Of a DNA stretch of 64,000 bases, positions 59,365 through 64,000 are shown one piece after another. The translations under genes and the position numbers were made by a program. Source of the stretch: Naegleria gruberi (lineage: Eukaryota); assembly GCA_000004985.1 (NCBI GenBank), contig GG738886.1. The stretch is one strand, 5' to 3'. Position 1 is the stretch's first letter. Each line of letters starts with the position of its first letter. The notes under the pieces were generated by a model. That model searched no databases and was not told the DNA's origin. It was given only the letters and a program-made list of their open reading frames with translations.

Positions 59365-62300
59365 NNNNNNNNNNNNNNNNNNNNNNNNNNNNNNNNNNNN
59401 NNNNNNNNNNNNNNNNNNNNNNNNNNNNNNNNNNNNNNNNNNNNNNNNNNNNNNNNNNNNNNNNNNNNNNNNNNNNNNNNNNNNNNNNNNNNNNNNNNNN
59501 NNNNNNNNNNNNNNNNNNNNNNNNNNNNNNNNNNNNNNNNNNNNNNNNNNNNNNNNNNNNNNNNNNNNNNNNNNNNNNNNNNNNNNNNNNNNNNNNNNNN
59601 NNNNNNNNNNNNNNNNNNNNNNNNNNNNNNNNNNNNNNNNNNNNNNNNNNNNNNNNNNNNNNNNNNNNNNNNNNNNNNNNNNNNNNNNNNNNNNNNNNNN
59701 NNNNNNNNNNNNNNNNNNNNNNNNNNNNNNNNNNNNNNNNNNNNNNNNNNNNNNNNNNNNNNNNNNNNNNNNNNNNNNNNNNNNNNNNNNNNNNNNNNNN
59801 NNNNNNNNNNNNNNNNNNNNNNNNNNNNNNNNNNNNNNNNNNNNNNNNNNNNNNNNNNNNNNNNNNNNNNNNNNNNNNNNNNNNNNNNNNNNNNNNNNNN
59901 NNNNNNNNNNNNNNNNNNNNNNNNNNNNNNNNNNNNNNNNNNNNNNNNNNNNNNNNNNNNNNNNNNNNNNNNNNNNNNNNNNNNNNNNNNNNNNNNNNNN
60001 NNNNNNNNNNNNNNNNNNNNNNNNNNNNNNNNNNNNNNNNNNNNNNNNNNNNNNNNNNNNNNNNNNNNNNNNNNNNNNNNNNNNNNNNNNNNNNNNNNNN
60101 NNNNNNNNNNNNNNNNNNNNNNNNNNNNNNNNNNNNNNNNNNNNNNNNNNNNNNNNNNNNNNNNNNNNNNNNNNNNNNNNNNNNNNNNNNNNNNNNNNNN
60201 NNNNNNNNNNNNNNNNNNNNNNNNNNNNNNNNNNNNNNNNNNNNNNNNNNNNNNNNNNNNNNNNNNNNNNNNNNNNNNNNNNNNNNNNNNNNNNNNNNNN
60301 NNNNNNNNNNNNNNNNNNNNNNNNNNNNNNNNNNNNNNNNNNNNNNNNNNNNNNNNNNNNNNNNNNNNNNNNNNNNNNNNNNNNNNNNNNNNNNNNNNNN
60401 NNNNNNNNNNNNNNNNNNNNNNNNNNNNNNNNNNNNNNNNNNNNNNNNNNNNNNNNNNNNNNNNNNNNNNNNNNNNNNNNNNNNNNNNNNNNNNNNNNNN
60501 NNNNNNNNNNNNNNNNNNNNNNNNNNNNNNNNNNNNNNNNNNNNNNNNNNNNNNNNNNNNNNNNNNNNNNNNNNNNNNNNNNNNNNNNNNNNNNNNNNNN
60601 NNNNNNNNNNNNNNNNNNNNNNNNNNNNNNNNNNNNNNNNNNNNNNNNNNNNNNNNNNNNNNNNNNNNNNNNNNNNNNNNNNNNNNNNNNNNNNNNNNNN
60701 NNNNNNNNNNNNNNNNNNNNNNNNNNNNNNNNNNNNNNNNNNNNNNNNNNNNNNNNNNNNNNNNNNNNNNNNNNNNNNNNNNNNNNNNNNNNNNNNNNNN
60801 NNNNNNNNNNNNNNNNNNNNNNNNNNNNNNNNNNNNNNNNNNNNNNNNNNNNNNNNNNNNNNNNNNNNNNNNNNNNNNNNNNNNNNNNNNNNNNNNNNNN
60901 NNNNNNNNNNNNNNNNNNNNNNNNNNNNNNNNNNNNNNNNNNNNNNNNNNNNNNNNNNNNNNNNNNNNNNNNNNNNNNNNNNNNNNNNNNNNNNNNNNNN
61001 NNNNNNNNNNNNNNNNNNNNNNNNNNNNNNNNNNNNNNNNNNNNNNNNNNNNNNNNNNNNNNNNNNNNNNNNNNNNNNNNNNNNNNNNNNNNNNNNNNNN
61101 NNNNNNNNNNNNNNNNNNNNNNNNNNNNNNNNNNNNNNNNNNNNNNNNNNNNNNNNNNNNNNNNNNNNNNNNNNNNNNNNNNNNNNNNNNNNNNNNNNNN
61201 NNNNNNNNNNNNNNNNNNNNNNNNNNNNNNNNNNNNNNNNNNNNNNNNNNNNNNNNNNNNNNNNNNNNNNNNNNNNNNNNNNNNNNNNNNNNNNNNNNNN
61301 NNNNNNNNNNNNNNNNNNNNNNNNNNNNNNNNNNNNNNNNNNNNNNNNNNNNNNNNNNNNNNNNNNNNNNNNNNNNNNNNNNNNNNNNNNNNNNNNNNNN
61401 NNNNNNNNNNNNNNNNNNNNNNNNNNNNNNNNNNNNNNNNNNNNNNNNNNNNNNNNNNNNNNNNNNNNNNNNNNNNNNNNNNNNNNNNNNNNNNNNNNNN
61501 NNNNNNNNNNNNNNNNNNNNNNNNNNNNNNNNNNNNNNNNNNNNNNNNNNNNNNNNNNNNNNNNNNNNNNNNNNNNNNNNNNNNNNNNNNNNNNNNNNNN
61601 NNNNNNNNNNNNNNNNNNNNNNNNNNNNNNNNNNNNNNNNNNNNNNNNNNNNNNNNNNNNNNNNNNNNNNNNNNNNNNNNNNNNNNNNNNNNNNNNNNNN
61701 NNNNNNNNNNNNNNNNNNNNNNNNNNNNNNNNNNNNNNNNNNNNNNNNNNNNNNNNNNNNNNNNNNNNNNNNNNNNNNNNNNNNNNNNNNNNNNNNNNNN
61801 NNNNNNNNNNNNNNNNNNNNNNNNNNNNNNNNNNNNNNNNNNNNNNNNNNNNNNNNNNNNNNNNNNNNNNNNNNNNNNNNNNNNNNNNNNNNNNNNNNNN
61901 NNNNNNNNNNNNNNNNNNNNNNNNNNNNNNNNNNNNNNNNNNNNNNNNNNNNNNNNNNNNNNNNNNNNNNNNNNNNNNNNNNNNNNNNNNNNNNNNNNNN
62001 NNNNNNNNNNNNNNNNNNNNNNNNNNNNNNNNNNNNNNNNNNNNNNNNNNNNNNNNNNNNNNNNNNNNNNNNNNNNNNNNNNNNNNNNNNNNNNNNNNNN
62101 NNNNNNNNNNNNNNNNNNNNNNNNNNNNNNNNNNNNNNNNNNNNNNNNNNNNNNNNNNNNNNNNNNNNNNNNNNNNNNNNNNNNNNNNNNNNNNNNNNNN
62201 NNNNNNNNNNNNNNNNNNNNNNNNNNNNNNNNNNNNNNNNNNNNNNNNNNNNNNNNNNNNNNNNNNNNNNNNNNNNNNNNNNNNNNNNNNNNNNNNNNNN

Positions 62301-64000
62301 NNNNNNNNNNNNNNNNNNNNNNNNNNNNNNNNNNNNNNNNNNNNNNNNNNNNNNNNNNNNNNNNNNNNNNNNNNNNNNNNNNNNNNNNNNNNNNNNNNNN
62401 NNNNNNNNNNNNNNNNNNNNNNNNNNNNNNNNNNNNNNNNNNNNNNNNNNNNNNNNNNNNNNNNNNNNNNNNNNNNNNNNNNNNNNNNNNNNNNNNNNNN
62501 NNNNNNNNNNNNNNNNNNNNNNNNNNNNNNNNNNNNNNNNNNNNNNNNNNNNNNNNNNNNNNNNNNNNNNNNNNNNNNNNNNNNNNNNNNNNNNNNNNNN
62601 NNNNNNNNNNNNNNNNNNNNNNNNNNNNNNNNNNNNNNNNNNNNNNNNNNNNNNNNNNNNNNNNNNNNNNNNNNNNNNNNNNNNNNNNNNNNNNNNNNNN
62701 NNNNNNNNNNNNNNNNNNNNNNNNNNNNNNNNNNNNNNNNNNNNNNNNNNNNNNNNNNNNNNNNNNNNNNNNNNNNNNNNNNNNNNNNNNNNNNNNNNNN
62801 NNNNNNNNNNNNNNNNNNNNNNNNNNNNNNNNNNNNNNNNNNNNNNNNNNNNNNNNNNNNNNNNNNNNNNNNNNNNNNNNNNNNNNNNNNNNNNNNNNNN
62901 NNNNNNNNNNNNNNNNNNNNNNNNNNNNNNNNNNNNNNNNNNNNNNNNNNNNNNNNNNNNNNNNNNNNNNNNNNNNNNNNNNNNNNNNNNNNNNNNNNNN
63001 NNNNNNNNNNNNNNNNNNNNNNNNNNNNNNNNNNNNNNNNNNNNNNNNNNNNNNNNNNNNNNNNNNNNNNNNNNNNNNNNNNNNNNNNNNNNNNNNNNNN
63101 NNNNNNNNNNNNNNNNNNNNNNNNNNNNNNNNNNNNNNNNNNNNNNNNNNNNNNNNNNNNNNNNNNNNNNNNNNNNNNNNNNNNNNNNNNNNNNNNNNNN
63201 NNNNNNNNNNNNNNNNNNNNNNNNNNNNNNNNNNNNNNNNNNNNNNNNNNNNNNNNNNNNNNNNNNNNNNNNNNNNNNNNNNNNNNNNNNNNNNNNNNNN
63301 NNNNNNNNNNNNNNNNNNNNNNNNNNNNNNNNNNNNNNNNNNNNNNNNNNNNNNNNNNNNNNNNNNNNNNNNNNNNNNNNNNNNNNNNNNNNNNNNNNNN
63401 NNNNNNNNNNNNNNNNNNNNNNNNNNNNNNNNNNNNNNNNNNNNNNNNNNNNNNNNNNNNNNNNNNNNNNNNNNNNNNNNNNNNNNNNNNNNNNNNNNNN
63501 NNNNNNNNNNNNNNNNNNNNNNNNNNNNNNNNNNNNNNNNNNNNNNNNNNNNNNNNNNNNNNNNNNNNNNNNNNNNNNNNNNNNNNNNNNNNNNNNNNNN
63601 NNNNNNNNNNNNNNNNNNNNNNNNNNNNNNNNNNNNNNNNNNNNNNNNNNNNNNNNNNNNNNNNNNNNNNNNNNNNNNNNNNNNNNNNNNNNNNNNNNNN
63701 NNNNNNNNNNNNNNNNNNNNNNNNNNNNNNNNNNNNNNNNNNNNNNNNNNNNNNNNNNNNNNNNNNNNNNNNNNNNNNNNNNNNNNNNNNNNNNNNNNNN
63801 NNNNNNNNNNNNNNNNNNNNNNNNNNNNNNNNNNNNNNNNNNNNNNNNNNNNNNNNNNNNNNNNNNNNNNNNNNNNNNNNNNNNNNNNNNNNNNNNNNNN
63901 NNNNNNNNNNNNNNNNNNNNNNNNNNNNNNNNNNNNNNNNNNNNNNNNNNNNNNNNNNNNNNNNNNNNNNNNNNNNNNNNNNNNNNNNNNNNNNNNNNNN
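59365..64000. other. Assembly gap (N run) to the end of the window
   Basis: A run of n characters. Confidence 1.

Noticed and set aside
1-64000. A prokaryotic-style system (operons, CRISPR, defence islands, mobile elements)
   Set aside because: Introns have canonical GT-AG signals. Homopolymer-rich proteins, a Pol III tRNA with a T-run terminator, a telomere-like array and single-gene transcription units all point to a eukaryotic nuclear locus. No direct-repeat/spacer array or IS-like inverted repeats were seen.

Overview
This is AT-rich eukaryotic nuclear DNA (roughly one-third GC, estimated by eye), not a prokaryotic locus. It uses the standard genetic code with TAA as the dominant stop. 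I found no operons, CRISPR arrays or mobile elements. Genes are compact and sit on both strands. Introns are spliceosomal, with GTAAGT, GTAGGT, GTGAGT, GTATGT or GTACGT donors and TAG or CAG acceptors. Most that I could place are 39-96 bp; two are longer (206 and 233 bp). Many proteins carry Asn, Ser, Gln or Thr-Pro homopolymer tracts, a style most like amoebozoan (dictyostelid-type) protists, but I cannot assign a species. The ORF track evidently calls TTG/CTG as starts, so several track Met positions are not real ATGs; I corrected these where I could. Genes I can support include a tandem-thioredoxin protein, MAD1, a Rac-type GTPase, an elongator tRNA-Met, a Qc-SNARE-like protein, tRNA-dihydrouridine synthase (Dus1-like), an MDR-type oxidoreductase, an M1 aminopeptidase (puromycin-sensitive type), a rhomboid protease, an RWP-RK protein, three F-box/LRR proteins, a MAPEG/MGST3-like protein, a MAPK-like pseudokinase, a hybrid histidine kinase, a 2H-phosphoesterase-like ORF, and a receptor-type class III nucleotidyl cyclase with a duplicated periplasmic-binding-protein-like ectodomain. 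The cyclase runs into a 50-N gap. Downstream is about 1.1 kb of ORF-free AT-rich sequence, then roughly 64 copies of a (TTTGGG)n telomere-like array that abut a 4.6-kb N gap, so this is probably a chromosome or scaffold end. All gene models are inferred by eye from motifs and splice signals; no searches were run.
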